Of a DNA stretch of 64,000 nt, positions 1 through 12,000 are shown one piece after another. Source of the DNA: Pristiophorus japonicus. Taxonomy: Eukaryota. Every line of letters starts with the position of its first letter. The first letter of the stretch is position 1. The position numbers were made by a program, and so were the translations under genes. Under the pieces are notes generated by a model. It did not search any database, had not been told where the DNA came from, and saw only the letters and a program-made list of their open reading frames with translations. The stretch is from NCBI RefSeq assembly GCF_044704955.1, contig NC_091997.1:85808001-85872000 (forward strand). The letters are read 5' to 3'.

Positions 1-428
1 TCCCCTATCACTATTGCTGTCCCGCTCTTTTTCTTGCCCTCCTGTGCAGCAGAGCCAGCCACAGTGCCATGAACTTGGCTGCTGCTGCCCTCCCCTGATG
101 AGTCATTCCCCTCAACAGTACTCAAAACGGTGTATCTGTTTTGCAGGGGGATGACCGCAGGGGACCCCTGCACTACCTTCCTTGCACTACTCTTCCTGCT
201 GGTCTTCCATTCCTTATCTGGCTGTGGACCCTTTCCCTGAGGTAAGACCAACTCACTACACGTGATACTCACGTCATTCTCAGCATCGTGGATGCTCCAG
301 AGTGAATCCACCCTCAGCTCCAATTCCGTAACACGGACCGTCAGGAGCTTGAGGTGGACACACTTCCCGCACACGTAGTCGTCAGGGACACCGGAAGTGT
401 CCCTGAGTTCCCACATGGTACAGGAGGC
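1..428 (-). mobile_element. CR1 LINE ORF1 remnant (esterase/zinc-finger region), truncated by window edge
   Basis: Reverse strand at 1-17 encodes AIVIGD, the SGNH-esterase motif also seen as AIVVGDS in the CR1 ORF1 at 31768-32109. Confidence 0.75.
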
Positions 429-464
429 TGAACACTCTTTGCAGAGAGGACAGCTTACATAGCA

Positions 465-2112
465 GACTCAGAGAGATAAAGAGAGATATGGAGACAGTAA
501 CAGAGACACAGAGAGACAGAGAGAGACAGAGAGAGACAGACAGAGAGCAACACAAAGAGAGAAAGAGAAAGAGAGACAGTGTTTTGGATCGATAATAATA
601 GATCCAGGTTCGGGATCTGGGTGAATGTTAAATAATAGACAAGACAAATGAAGTAAAGAATAAAATACCGTTTACTGAGGGAAAATAAATATTAATTAAA
701 AAGTTTACGAAGAAAAGAGAAGTATGATAAGATGCAACAACGTTCATGGCCTTCGGCCTGTCGGGAACTCTGCAGCGAAGGCTGGTCAGGAGCCTTGGGG
801 GTCCCGGCACCGCTCGCGAATCGCGGTCCAAGGTGAAGTTCGAAGAGCTAAGGGACAGTGCCGCTCCTTTATACTATTAAACAAAACATGGGTGCATGTG
901 GCTTATGGCCAACTCCTAATCTGTAATGCCCCGGCTGCTTGTCCACAAAGCATGAGATCTCGAGGCGCCGACAGTCTCATAATAAGCTGGTGTGCATCTC
1001 AAGATCGCTTCCCTCTCTCTCTCTCTATAGCAACAACAATCCACGAAGCATGGAGCAGAAACACACTGTAAATGACTAAATATCATAATTAACTTTATGT
1101 GATTAACCCTATACAATAGAGATGGAGATAGACAGTGAGACGGGGATCGAATAACAGACAGAGAGCGAGAAACAGAGACAGAGAGAGANNNNNNNNNNNN
1201 NNNNNNNNNNNNNNNNNNNNNNNNNNNNNNNNNNNNNNNNNNNNNNNNNNNNNNNNNNNNNNNNNNNNNNNNNNNNNNNNNNNNNNNNNNNNNNNNNNNN
1301 NNNNNNNNNNNNNNNNNNNNNNNNNNNNNNNNNNNNNNNNNNNNNNNNNNNAGAGAGAGACGGAGGCAGGCAGAGAGAGANNNNNNNNNNNNNNNNNNNN
1401 NNNNNNNNNNNNNNNNNNNNNNNNNNNNNNNNNNNNNNNNNNNNNNNNNNNNNNNNNNNNNNNNNNNNNNNNNNNNNNNNNNNNNNNNNNNNNNNNNNNN
1501 NNNNNNNNNNNNNNNNNNNNNNNNNNNNNNNNNNNNNNNNNNNNNNNNNNNNNNNNNNNNNNNNNNNNNNNNNNNNNNNNNNNNNNNNNNNNNNNNNNNN
1601 NNNNNNNNNNNNNNNNNNNNNNNNNNNNNNNNNNNNNNNNNNNNNNNNNNNNNNNNNNNNNNNNNNNNNNNNNNNNNNNNNNCATAGAGAGAGACAGGGA
1701 GAGACGGTGATAGGCAGAGAGAGAGACAGAAAGAGAGAGACGGAGACAGATAGAAACAGCGAGAAAGAGAGATAGAGACAGGCAGAGAGAGACAGAGACA
1801 CAGAGAGACTCAGAGCGAGAGAGAGAAGGAGACAGGTAGAGAGAGACAGAGAGAGAGACAGGGAGAGAGACCGTGCGAGAGAGAGACAGATGGAGAGAAA
1901 AAGAAAGAAACAGAGTGAAAGAGAATTGGTGAGACAATCCGAGAGTCAGAGAGTGACAGACAGAGAGTGAGAGACAGAGAGTGACAGACAGAGTGACAGA
2001 CAGAGAGTGACAGTCAGAGAGTGACAGTCAGAGAGTGACAGACAGAGAGTGACAGACAGAGTGACAGACAGAGAGTGACAGTCAGAGAGTGACAGTCAGA
2101 GAGTGACAGACA
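465..2112. repeat. GA-rich low-complexity/microsatellite tract with N gaps (1189-1351, 1381-1682), in an intron of gene A
   Basis: (GA)n/GACA units and a GAGTGACA(GACA) unit at ~1950-2110; a shorter GA tract occupies the paralogous position at ~41060-41230. Confidence 0.9.
580..1115 (-). mobile_element. Possible solo LTR inserted in the GA tract
   Basis: 536-bp complex island starting TG and ending CA, flanked by ACAG/ATAG; minus-strand TATAAA (~868-873) followed by AGTAAA (~671-676). No second copy in window. Confidence 0.4.
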
Positions 2113-2272
2113 GAATCAGGGAAAATGAATGAGGGAATTTCAGGCTGGGTTAGACTCAAATCCAGGCCAGTGGGGAGAAAGTGACTGAATGTAGTTTCCA
2201 CTTACAGCTGTTTAATATTGTTTGAATCATATGTTACTCATTTTTCACACATTTAATTTTCTGTTTTCCCAG

Positions 2273-2307
2273 TGATGACGGCAAAACTGAAATCCAGGCA
2301 GTAAAAT
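2273..2307 (+). CDS. Gene A (IgSF receptor paralog) cytoplasmic mini-exon, DDGKTEIQAVK
   Basis: Polypyrimidine tract + cccAG acceptor, GTAAGT donor at 2308; 35 nt, phase 2 to phase 1, in frame with next exon; paralogous to 41326-41360. Confidence 0.8.
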
Positions 2308-2396
2308 GTAAGTCGTGGCAATCTTTCAGTATCTTTCATTATCTGTCCCCACATGGAAGTGAAACCCATCAAACGCGATCTCCTCTTAATTTCTAG

Positions 2397-2662
2397 GCAG
2401 TGACCGCACGGACCATATACCGCAGGTTGAAACCTCTTTAGCCATTGAACTCAAACCAGACGGCCAATCGCAGCCCAAAGAGGACAGTAAGGAGGATCCC
2501 GTTGCTCTGTCTAATGAGCAGACTTATTCTTTGATAGGTTGCCCGGGGACAGGGAGCCCAGGAGACACGGAGACAAGGTCTCGGCTGGAGGAAGATGATC
2601 CACAACCTGGCCCGTTAGAGATGGAAGAAAATCCTATTTATGCTAAAATAGAGGAAGCCTGA
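2397..2662 (+). CDS. Gene A terminal coding exon: acidic cytoplasmic tail with QTYSLI and NPIYAKI tyrosine motifs
   Basis: ttctAG acceptor after an 89-nt intron; open frame (C)SDRTDHIPQVETSLAIELKPDG...NEQTYSLIGCPG...EMEENPIYAKIEEA*; not in ORF track. Confidence 0.8.
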
Positions 2663-2994
2663 ATGTGATTGAGTAATGGGAGAAAGGCAACGGATAACTT
2701 GGTTAAACTCATTGTGGTACTAGATTTTAAAATATATATTTTACACTGGGTATTGAACACTTTCCCACTGCAGACCCCCAGGGTGGGGGAGAATTCGACA
2801 TTGTTGCACTGGATTTCTGGATGGATCATGGGTGCAAAAGAGGTCCAATTTAGGAGGCCAACCCACCATGCCCGAGTAGTGTCGGAAACATGTTTGATGC
2901 CATATTGGTTTGGGCCTGTAGAGGAGTCCCTGATGTAGGCGTTAGGCTCCTTTGAATATGCTAATAAGGGGCCTACCACTTATTCCAGGATCCA

Positions 2995-3161
2995 AACCGG
3001 CCATTATCACATTGCTGTTTGTGGGACCTTGCTGTGTGCAAATTAGCTGCCACTTTTCCTAAATTACAACAGTGACTAAACTTCAAAAAATACTTAATTC
3101 GCTGTAAAGTGCTTTGTGATCTCCAGAGGTCATGAAAGGCACTCGATAAATGCAAGTCTTT
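2995..3161 (+). mobile_element. Deu-domain SINE 3' portion (SacSINE1/AmnSINE-like) in gene A 3' UTR
   Basis: ATCACATTGCTGTTTGTGGGACCTTGCTGTGTGCAAATT...ATAAATGCAAGTCTTTC; similar to 5345-5520. Confidence 0.75.
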
Positions 3162-3685
3162 CAATTCATTCATTAATTTTGAGGGAAGGGAAACCACGCA
3201 GAATACAGGTGGACAACCGACGCTCGTTGAACACAAGTGCGTTTTCACAGATTGTAACATTGAAGCTGCTTGAAGCGCAGGATTGTGTGTGGAGAAATCT
3301 TCTCCCAATGTTTCACAAATGATATAAAGCCGCTGGTGGCAGCTCCTTGCCTTTCCCGGTTTGTTCTGAGTTTTTGTGGCGACCGACACAGAACATGGAG
3401 ACAGACTCAATGTGAGTTTCCACTCTCACCGACACCGGACGAGGGCGATGGGAACCCACGGTTGAAGAATATAACTGTAACACATTCGACGTGAAATTGG
3501 TCCTCGCCAGTTTCGACTTTGATGGAAATGAAATTCGGGCTCGGTGTGAAACGTGCGCTCGATTCGCGATGAGCTTCACACTGCTGGCGAAGAGTAACTT
3601 CATCCCCTTGGACTCTGCTTAGATAGAACAACGCATCGCTGGTGTGTAATACGCAAAATGGAACTTGTGTGATTGGAAGTCAATC

Positions 3686-3691
3686 AATAAA
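3686..3691 (+). terminator. Candidate polyadenylation signal of gene A
   Basis: AATAAA ~1 kb after the stop; conserved at 43184-43189 in the paralog. Confidence 0.55.
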
Positions 3692-5179
3692 CACTGTTTA
3701 AAAATTATAACTAAATGACGAGCTGTGTCATCTGTCCAGCAGGAATTTTATGGCAAACTAATTGAATGAATGAACTGATCTCAGTGAGGACACTGCATTT
3801 AGACTCAAGGGGAAGTGGGAGGAGGTAGGGGGTGTGGGGAGAGTGGGAGTAAGGAGGGTTTGAGGGGATTGGGAGGGAGGTGTGAGTGGGCAGTGGGGAG
3901 TGGGAGGGAAGGGGGAGTGGGAGGGAGAGTGGGGAGTGAAGAGGGTGTGAGGGAAGGGGCAGTGGAGAATGATAGGCTAGGGGGAATGGGAGGGTGGAGT
4001 GGGGGGAGTGGGAGTGAGGAGGGTGTGGGGGGAGTGGGTGGGAGGGGGAGTGGAAGCAAATTTATGAGGACGCTGAGGGAAGTTCATGATTGTGTAAGAG
4101 AAAGTTTGGTATAAATTGTCAGCCCCCAGCAGATCGCTAAAGAGTATTTTTAAAAGCATAAAACATTTCAATGTTGAAATGTTGAACAATACATGTCTAT
4201 CAGTAAGATAAAAGGACTTTCACGCGAGAGTCACCAATCCCACACTCCTTGAGGGCAGCCATGCTCAAACGGGTCAGGGGTTAGCTCTGTGACCCTCTGC
4301 TCCATTGTGTCTCCTTGAAGCAGAGCTCACTCTGACGGCAGGTTGGGGGGGAGGGGGTGGGAGGGGACAGAGTCAGTGAATTAACCCTCATAACCCTGGC
4401 ATTTGCCTCATTGTCCAGCCCTTGGCTTCAGCACGATCTCTGAAACAATGGGTGCCATTTGCAATATGAGCACCACACGCAAGGACTGGTGTGTAGCAAA
4501 TCCAAACGAACTCAGTACGGAAATGGAAGGAAGCGTGTGATGATTGGAAATTTTAATTGATGGGAGCAAGTCTAAAAGGCTCAGCTATTTACAGCTTGTT
4601 AGTAGAAGCGGGTGTGAGCAGAAATGCCAACCGCACTGTCGCATAAATCAAACGATGAACTCTTAAAAATCATGAGGTTTGCTATACAAATCATGAGTTG
4701 CTATTTTTTTCCCTGACCCCTTGCTTACCTTTGATCCTGGACAGGAAGCGCAGTCCGCGACCTTTGCTCCCAGACAGGAAGCGCATTCGGCCGTCACTAA
4801 CCGATTACTGACATAAGAAATAGGAGCAGGAGTGGGTGGATTGATGGCCCCGCTGTCGGGTCACTCACGGGCCAGTCTCGCTCTCCTTATCACCGTTACT
4901 CCTCCCGCAGCAAAATTTTTACTTCAGGCACCAGGAGGTGATTTCTGTTCCCACTGCAAATCCGAATAGTTGGCTGAAGAAGATTAAAAACAATCTCCCA
5001 CCCATTGGATACCTGAAGTCCACCCAACTCAAATTCACGAGCGAGCATCAAAAGGGCCTCTAGAACTCCCACCGGGATTGGTTGGGAACCATATTTCAAA
5101 TCTGCAGGGCTATGGGAACAAATTGGATAGCTCTTTCAACCCACGGGCACAGGCACGATGGGCTGAATGGACTCTTTCA

Positions 5180-5530
5180 CTGTCTGAGGTGCCGTCTTTC
5201 GGATGAGATGTGAAACTGAGGTCCCGTCTGCCCTCTCAGGTGGACGCGAAAGATCCCACTGCACTATTTCAAAGAAGAGCAGGGGAGTTCTCCCGATGTC
5301 CTAGCCAACACTTATTTCAATCAAAATAACTAAAGACAGAGGATCTGGTCATTTTCACATTGCTGTTTGTCAGACCTTGCTGCATGCAAATTGGCTGCCG
5401 TGTTCCGTACATTACAACAGTGACTACACTTAGAAAAGGTACTTCGTTGGCTGCAGAGCGGTTTGAGATGCCCTGAGGTCGGGCAAGGTGAGCTATAAAT
5501 ACAAGTCTGTCTGTCTTTCTTTCTAGCTTT
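5180..5530 (+). mobile_element. Deu-domain SINE
   Basis: GAGGTGCCGTCTTTCGGATGAGATG...AAAGATCCCA...GAAGAGCAGGGGAGTTCTCCC central domain plus tail ending in TCTT repeats. Confidence 0.8.
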
Positions 5531-5770
5531 TTTCTTTTCTGTCTTCATCCTACTCCGTAGACCATGTACAAGTTGCTCTATCTTAGAAATCCCCTATTTC
5601 AATCTCTCAACCATTGGTGGCCGTGCCTTCAACTGCCAAGGCACTAAGCTCTGGAATTCTCTCCTGTGGCCGGGATTACACCACAGGAAAACTTTCTGTC
5701 TATTATTGCTCGCTGACCCCCAAAGTAACCAAGGAACACACTTTGTTCCTGACCAATTACATTCTGTTTC

Positions 5771-6060
5771 AAAACTGAAAATGCTGGAAATCTCAGCGGG
5801 TCAGAGAGAAACAGAGTTGACGTTTCGGGTCTGTGACCCTTCGTCAGAACTGGAAAAGTTCGAGATGTAACAGATTCTTAAGGAAGTGCAGGTGGAGGGG
5901 AGGAAACAACAAAAGGGAAGGTCTGTGATAGGGTGGAAGGCAGGAGAGATTAAGAGAGAAAAGGGACGATGGTCAAAAATGAGATGGTAATGGAACAAGT
6001 TAAGAAACAAAAGATGAGTCTAGATCGGGTGTGATTGGTGGAATCATCACCAGCTGCCAT
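5771..6060 (-). mobile_element. Penelope pseudo-LTR fragment
   Basis: Matches terminal repeats of the Penelope element at 36236-36540 and 38440-38670. Confidence 0.8.
5815..5851 (-). ncRNA. Minimal type I hammerhead ribozyme motif (Penelope-type)
   Basis: Minus strand AGUU-CUGACGA-A-GGGUC-ACA-GACCC-GAAAC-GUC-AACU: core boxes, stem II, stem I (AGUU/AACU), GUC triplet. Confidence 0.7.
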
Positions 6061-6317
6061 GGGAAAGAGAAAAAAAGTGGAGGATTTAAAAAAAGGTAAC
6101 TATTTGTACTGCACTTTTTTTGACAGACATGCGACAAGCCCCGCCCTCTGTCAAGCTCTGCCCTCTGCCCCGCCCCCGAATCATTCCCTCCACATGGTGC
6201 AAAGAAGCAGGACCTGAGGCCCGAGATTCCGCTGAGGTCCCGACTCTCCCTCCCCCGACTCTCCCTCCCCCGTCCCCCCCGACTCTCTGCTCCCACGCTC
6301 TGACGGCTTAGAACGGC

Positions 6318-7558
6318 GGCCGTGGGACCGAGAGCAGTGGCCGTGGGGCCGAGAGTGGTGGCAGTGGGGGCCGAGAGTGGTGGCAGTGGGGACCGAGAGT
6401 GGTGGCCGTGGGACCGAGAGTGGTGGCCGTGGGACCGAGAGTGGTGGCCGTGGGACCGAGAGCGGTGGCCGTGGGACCGAGAGTGGTGGCCGTGGGACCG
6501 AGAGTGGTGGCCGTGGGACCGAGAGTGGTGGCCGTGGGACCGAGAGTGGTGGCCGTGGGACCGAGAGCGGTGGCCGTGGGGGCCGAGAGTGGTGGCCGTG
6601 GGACCGAGAGTGGTGGCCATGGGGACCGAGAGTGGTGGCCGTGGGACCGAGAGTGGTGGCCGTGGGACCGAGAGTGGTGGCCGTGGGACCGAGAGTGGTG
6701 GCCGTGGGACCGAGAGTGGTGGCCGTGGGACCGAGAGTGGTGGCCGTGGGGACCGAGAGTGGTGGCCGTGGGACCGAGAGTGGTGGCCGTGGGACCGAGA
6801 GTGGTGGCCGTGGGACCGAGAGTGGTGGCCGTGGGACCGAGAGTGGTGGCCGTGGGACCGAGAGTGGTGGCCGTGGGACCGAGAGTGGTGGCCGTGGGAC
6901 CGAGAGTGGTGGCCGTGGGACCGAGAGTGGTGGCCGTGGGACCGAGAGTGGTGGCCGTGGGACCGAGAGTGGTGGCCGTGGGACCGAGAGTGGTGGCCGT
7001 GGGACCGAGAGTGGTGGCCGTGGGACCGAGAGTGGTGGCCGTGGGGGCCGAGAGTGGTGGCCGTGGGGGCCGAGAGTGGTGGCCGTGGGACCGAGAGTGG
7101 TGGCCGTGGGACCGAGAGTGGTGGCCGTGGGACCGAGAGTGGTGGCCGTGGGACCGAGAGTGGTGGCCGTGGGGACCGAGAGTGGTGGCCGTGGGACCGA
7201 GAGTGGTGGCCGTGGGACCGAGAGTGGTGGCCGTGGGACCGAGAGTGGTGGCCGTGGGACCGAGAGTGGTGGCCGTGGGACCGAGAGTGGTGGCCGTGGG
7301 ACCGAGAGTGGTGGCCGTGGGACCGAGAGTGGTGGCCGTGGGACCGAGAGTGGTGGCCGTGGGGACCGAGAGTGGTGGCCGTGGGACCGAGAGTGGTGGC
7401 CGTGGGGGCCGAGAGACCGAGAGTGGTGGCCGTGGGGGCCGAGAGTGGTGGCCGTGGGACCGAGAGTGGTGGCCGTGGGGGCCGAGAGCGGTGGCCGTGG
7501 GACCGAGAGTGGTGGCCGTGGGACCGAGAGTGGTGGCCGTGGGACCGAGAGTGGTGGC
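6318..7558. repeat. GC-rich 21-bp minisatellite (GGGACCGAGAGTGGTGGCCGT)n, roughly 58 units
   Basis: Near-perfect tandem array with occasional 22-bp variants; produces 7-aa-period ORFs in all six frames. Confidence 0.97.
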
Positions 7559-7584
7559 AGCGAGCAGAAAAGCAGCGGGTGCGC

Positions 7585-8530
7585 GAGAGAGACTGGGGAA
7601 GAGAGAGAGGCTGGGGGGCAAGGAAGACTGGGAGAGAGAGGCTTGTGGGAGAGCACAAGAGAGGCTGGGGGGAGAGAGAGACATGAGCGAGAGAGAGGCT
7701 GGGGGAGAGAGAGAGAGAGAGAGAGGCCAGGGGAGCGAGAGAGAGAGAGAGAGGCTGGGGGAGAGAGAGAGAGAGAGAGGCTAGGGGAGCGAGAGAGAGA
7801 GAGAGAGAGGCTGGGGGAGAGAGAGTCTGCAGAGAGAGAGAGGCTGGAGGGAGAGAGAGAGAGAGAGGCTGCAATGAGAGAGAGGCTGGGGGAGAGAGAG
7901 AGGGGGGCTGGGGGAAGAAAGACGCTGGGGGGGAGAGAGAGATGCTGGGGGAGAGAGAGGCTGGGGGGGAGAGAGAGAGTCTGGGGGAGAGAGATAGAAG
8001 GGCTGGAGGAGAGAGAGAGAGGCTGGAGGAGAGAGAGAGCGGCTTGGGAGAGAGAGAGAGGCTGGGGGGGAGAGAGAGAGAGAGAGAGACTGGGGGGGAG
8101 AGAGAGAGCGAGAGAGGCTGGGGGGGAGAGAGAGCGAGAGCGGCTGGGGNNNNNNNNNNNNNNNNNNNNNNNNNNNNNNNNNNNNNNNNNNNNNNNNNNN
8201 NNNNNNNNNNNNNNNNNNNNNNNNNNNNNNNNNNNNNNNNNNNNNNNNNNNNNNNNNNNNNNNNNNNNNNNNNNNNNNNNNNNTGGGGGTAGGAGAGAGA
8301 GAGAGCGAGAGGCTGGAGAGGGGGCGGGGGGAGAGAGATAGAGGCAAGGGGGGAGAGAGAGAGAGAGAGAGGCTGGAGGGAGAGAGAGAGAGAGACTGGG
8401 GGGGGGACAGAGAGGCTGGGGGGGGGGGACAGAGAGAGAGAGGCTGAGGGCAGAGAGAGAGAGGCAGGGGTAGAGAGAGAGCAAGAGAGAGGCTGGGGGC
8501 GGGGAGAGACATGGGTGGGGGGGAGAGACA
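7585..8530. repeat. (GA)n-GGCTGGGG low-complexity array with N gap 8150-8283
   Basis: Direct inspection. Confidence 0.9.
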
Positions 8531-9039
8531 CGGGTGGGAGTGGGGCGGATGGGAGTAATGGGAGGGAACTCAGGCAAGACAGATCACATTCTTGCAACCA
8601 CCTACAAGGGACATCGTTGCCGTGGATGATATCCAGAAGTCACAATTCATTTCATACCCAATAAACCTGTTAATTCTTACACAATGCCCCATCTATGGGG
8701 GGGTGGGGAGGCAGGGGGAGGATGAACTTGGACTGGGGTAAGGCACTTGGGCTGGAGGGGGGATGTACTTGAACTGGGGTAAGACACTTTGGCTGGCCCT
8801 TGCTGTCTTCTGGGGAGCTCTGTCCTCTGTTGCTTCAGAAAGTCAAAATGGATTGAGTTAGAATTTGCAAAGTCAGTGAGAGCTTGGGAGGGGCCGTTCC
8901 AGTTACACATTCCTGTGAAACTTCAGGGTGTGGCTTAATCTCCAAGGAGACCAATCATAGACAAAGAGTGGAGTATGGTGGCCAGTTTTGCAGTACAAAT
9001 AAGCACGTCCTTAAAAAAAAAGGGAATAAAATATGAGCA

Positions 9040-12000
9040 ATGTTTGAGTCCAGAAGGCTGTAAAGTGCCAAAACGAAAGATGAGGTGCTGTTCTTCGAGC
9101 TTGCGTTGAGCTTCATTGGAACAGTGTAGGAGGCCGAGGACGGAGAGGTCAGAGTGCAAGTGGAGAGGAGAATTAAAGTGACAGGTGACCGGAAGCTCAG
9201 GGTCACACTTACGGACTGAACGGAGATGTTCTGCAAAGCGGTCACCCAATCTACGCTTGGTCTCCCCAATGTAGAGGAGACCACATCATGAGTAGCGAAC
9301 ACAGTATACTAAATTGCAAGCAGTACAGGTAAATCGCTGTTTCACCTGGAAGGAGTATTTGGGGCCCTGGACTGTGGGAAGGGAGGAGGTAAAAGGGCAG
9401 GTGTTGCATCTCCTGCGCTTGCAGGGGAAGATGTTGTGGGAATGGGCGGGATGCTGGGGGTGATTGAGGAGTGGACCAGTATGTCCCGGAGGGAGCAGTC
9501 CCTTCGGAATGCTGAGAGGGGAGGGGAGGGGAAGATGTGATTGGTGGTGGGATCACGCTGGAGGTGGTGGAGGATGATCCATTAAACATGGAGGCTCGTG
9601 GGGTGAAAGGTGAGGACAAGGGGAAACCTGTCATGGTTCTGAGAGGGAGGGGAAGGGGTGAGGGCAGAAGAGCGAGAAATAGAACGGACACGGTTGAGAG
9701 CCATGGTAACCACAGTGGAGGGGAATCTTCTGTTGAGGAAAAAGGAAGACATGTCAGAGGCACTAGTGTCAAAGGTGGCGTCTTCAGAACAGATGTGACG
9801 GAAAGTAATACGACCTTACTATACAGTTTAAATGCACACGAGGCCCATGCTTGAGAGAAGGTCACTCTGTGACCAGTAACCTTTATTCACGAGCACTCAA
9901 GTGATGAAGGTGGGTGGAGCTTCCCCTTTTATACCTGAAAGTCCAAGTGAGGAGTGTCTCTCACAAGTTCACCACCTAGTGGTCATTGCTCTCACAGTGT
10001 ACAACTAAGGTCAGTTTATACATGGGTTACAATGATGGTTGAATACATAACATCACCTCCCCCCCGAAAGTCTTATTGGGATCACAGGTTGAGTCTCTCT
10101 GGTGGTTTACGCTCCCTTGTAGAGCCCCTGAGTTGGGGCTCCGGTTGTTGGGCGCTGGCCTGAGTGTCTGCTGTTTGCAGTGCCTCAGGCCTGTCCGGAC
10201 TGCCCACAGTGACTGGGCTCTCCTCCACTTGGTTCCGGTGTTCGGTCACCTGTGGTGGAGTGAACTCGACATCGTGTTCTTCCTCTGCTTCTTCGATGGG
10301 GTTGCTGAACCTCCTTTTTGTTTGATCTACATGTTTGCGGCAGATTTATCCATTGGTAAGTTTAACTATCAGAATCCTATTCCCCTCTTTGGCAATCACA
10401 GTGCCTGTGAGCCATTTGGGCCCTGCAGCGTAGTTGAGGACAAAGACAGGGTCATTGACATCGATACCTCGCACCCTCGCATTCCTGTCATGGTAGTCAC
10501 ATTGTGACTGACGCCTGCTCTCGACAATTTCTTTCATGGTGGGATGTATAAGAGATAACCTGGTTTTGAGCGTCCTTTTCATTAGCAGCTCTGCGGGTGG
10601 AACCCCTGTGAGCGAGTGTGGTCGGGATCTGTAGGCAAACAGGAGGCGTGATAAGCGGCTTTGTAGGGAACCCCCTTGGATTCTGAGCATTCCCTGTTTG
10701 ATTATCTGCACTGCTCATTACGCCTGCCCATTAGAGGCCGGCTTGAACGGTGCCGTTCTGACATGGTTAATTCCATTGCCTGCCATGAAGTCCTGGAATT
10801 CAGTGCTTGTGAAGCACGGGCCATGGTCACTGACCAAGACATCCGGTAGACCATGGGCGGCGAACATTGGCCGTAGACTTTCTACCGTGGCAGAGGATGT
10901 GCTTGAATTTAAAATGTCACACTCGATCCATTTGGAGTAGGCGCCTACTACAACCAAAAACATTTTTCCGATGAAAGGAACTGCATAGTCCACATGGATG
11001 TGTGACCATGGCTTGGTGGCCCAGGACCAGGGGCTAAGGACGGCTTCCCAGGCCCCTTTCCCAGCTGGGCACACATATTGTACCTGCGAACACAAAGTTC
11101 CAGGTCTGCATCTATCCCTGGCCACCAAACGTGTGACCTGGCAATTGCCTTCATCATGACAATGCCCGGGTGCTCGTTGTGGAGTTCTCTGATGAACACC
11201 TCTCTGCCCATCTGGGGCATGACTACACGGCTTCACCATAGTAGGCAATCGGCCTGAATCGAGAGTTCATCCCTGCGCCTGTGAAATGGTTTAAATTCCT
11301 CAGGGCATGCCCCGTACGTGGCTGCCCAGTCCCCATTCAGGACACATTTCTTGACTAAAGACAGTAGCGGGTCTCTATTTGTCCAGACCTTAATCTGACG
11401 GGCTGTCACAGGTGAGCCTTCGCTTTCGAAAGCTTCAACAGCCATGATCATCTCAGCAGCCTGCTCGGTAGCCCCCTCAGTGGTGGCTAGTGGGAGCCCG
11501 CTGAGTGCATCGGTGCAGTTTTCAGTGCCCGGTCTGTGCCGAATTGTATAGTCATAGGCGGCTAACGTGAGTGCCCACCTCTGTATGCGGGCCGATGCGT
11601 TTGCATTTATGGCCTTGTTGTCGGCCAAAAGGGACCTTAGGGGTTTGTGATCTGTCTCCAGCTCAAATTCCCTGCCAAACAAGTACTGGTGCATTTTCTT
11701 TACTGTGTATACACATGCAAGCGTCTCCTTTTCTACCATCCCGTAGCCCCTTTCTGCCTGGGACAGACTTCTGGAGGCATTAGCTACTGGCTGTAACTGA
11801 CCCTTGGCATTAACATGCTGCAACACACACCCGACCCCATAGGACGATGCATCGCATGTTAAAACAAGTTTCTTACATGAGTCATATAGCGTTAACAGAT
11901 TGTTGGAGCATAATAAATTGCATGCTCTATCAAAAGCCCTTTCCTGGCGGTCCCCCCAGACCCATTCGCGACCTTTGCGTACGAGCACGTGTATTGGCTC

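Larger units (their letters stand above)
2150..8960 (+). repeat. Segmental duplication copy 1 (3' end of receptor gene and downstream flank)
   Basis: Collinear matches: 2150-2420 with 41230-41385/42180-42258; 3206-3325 with 42265-42387; 3358-3806 with 42857-43305; 4070-4565 with 57047-57580; 4575-4620 with 60576-60620; 8555-8960 with 62545-63495. Confidence 0.92.

Noticed and set aside
1095-1937. ORFs spanning N gaps
   Set aside because: Low-complexity sequence and Ns; a hidden feature in the gaps cannot be assessed.
2525-2650. ITAM or canonical ITIM/ITSM in gene A
   Set aside because: Tyr spacing is 38 aa and the Y-2 residues are Q and P; only YxxI/NPxY are supported.
3407-3631. Duplicated 74-aa minus-strand ORF (also 42905-43129)
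   Set aside because: Conservation follows from ~97% nucleotide identity; non-ATG start, no recognisable motif or splice signals.
6318-7558. CRISPR-like array
   Set aside because: No unique spacers, no cas genes, eukaryotic context.
6000-8597. Long ORFs of 450-865 aa on both strands
   Set aside because: Artefacts of a stop-free 21-bp minisatellite, GA repeats and N runs.
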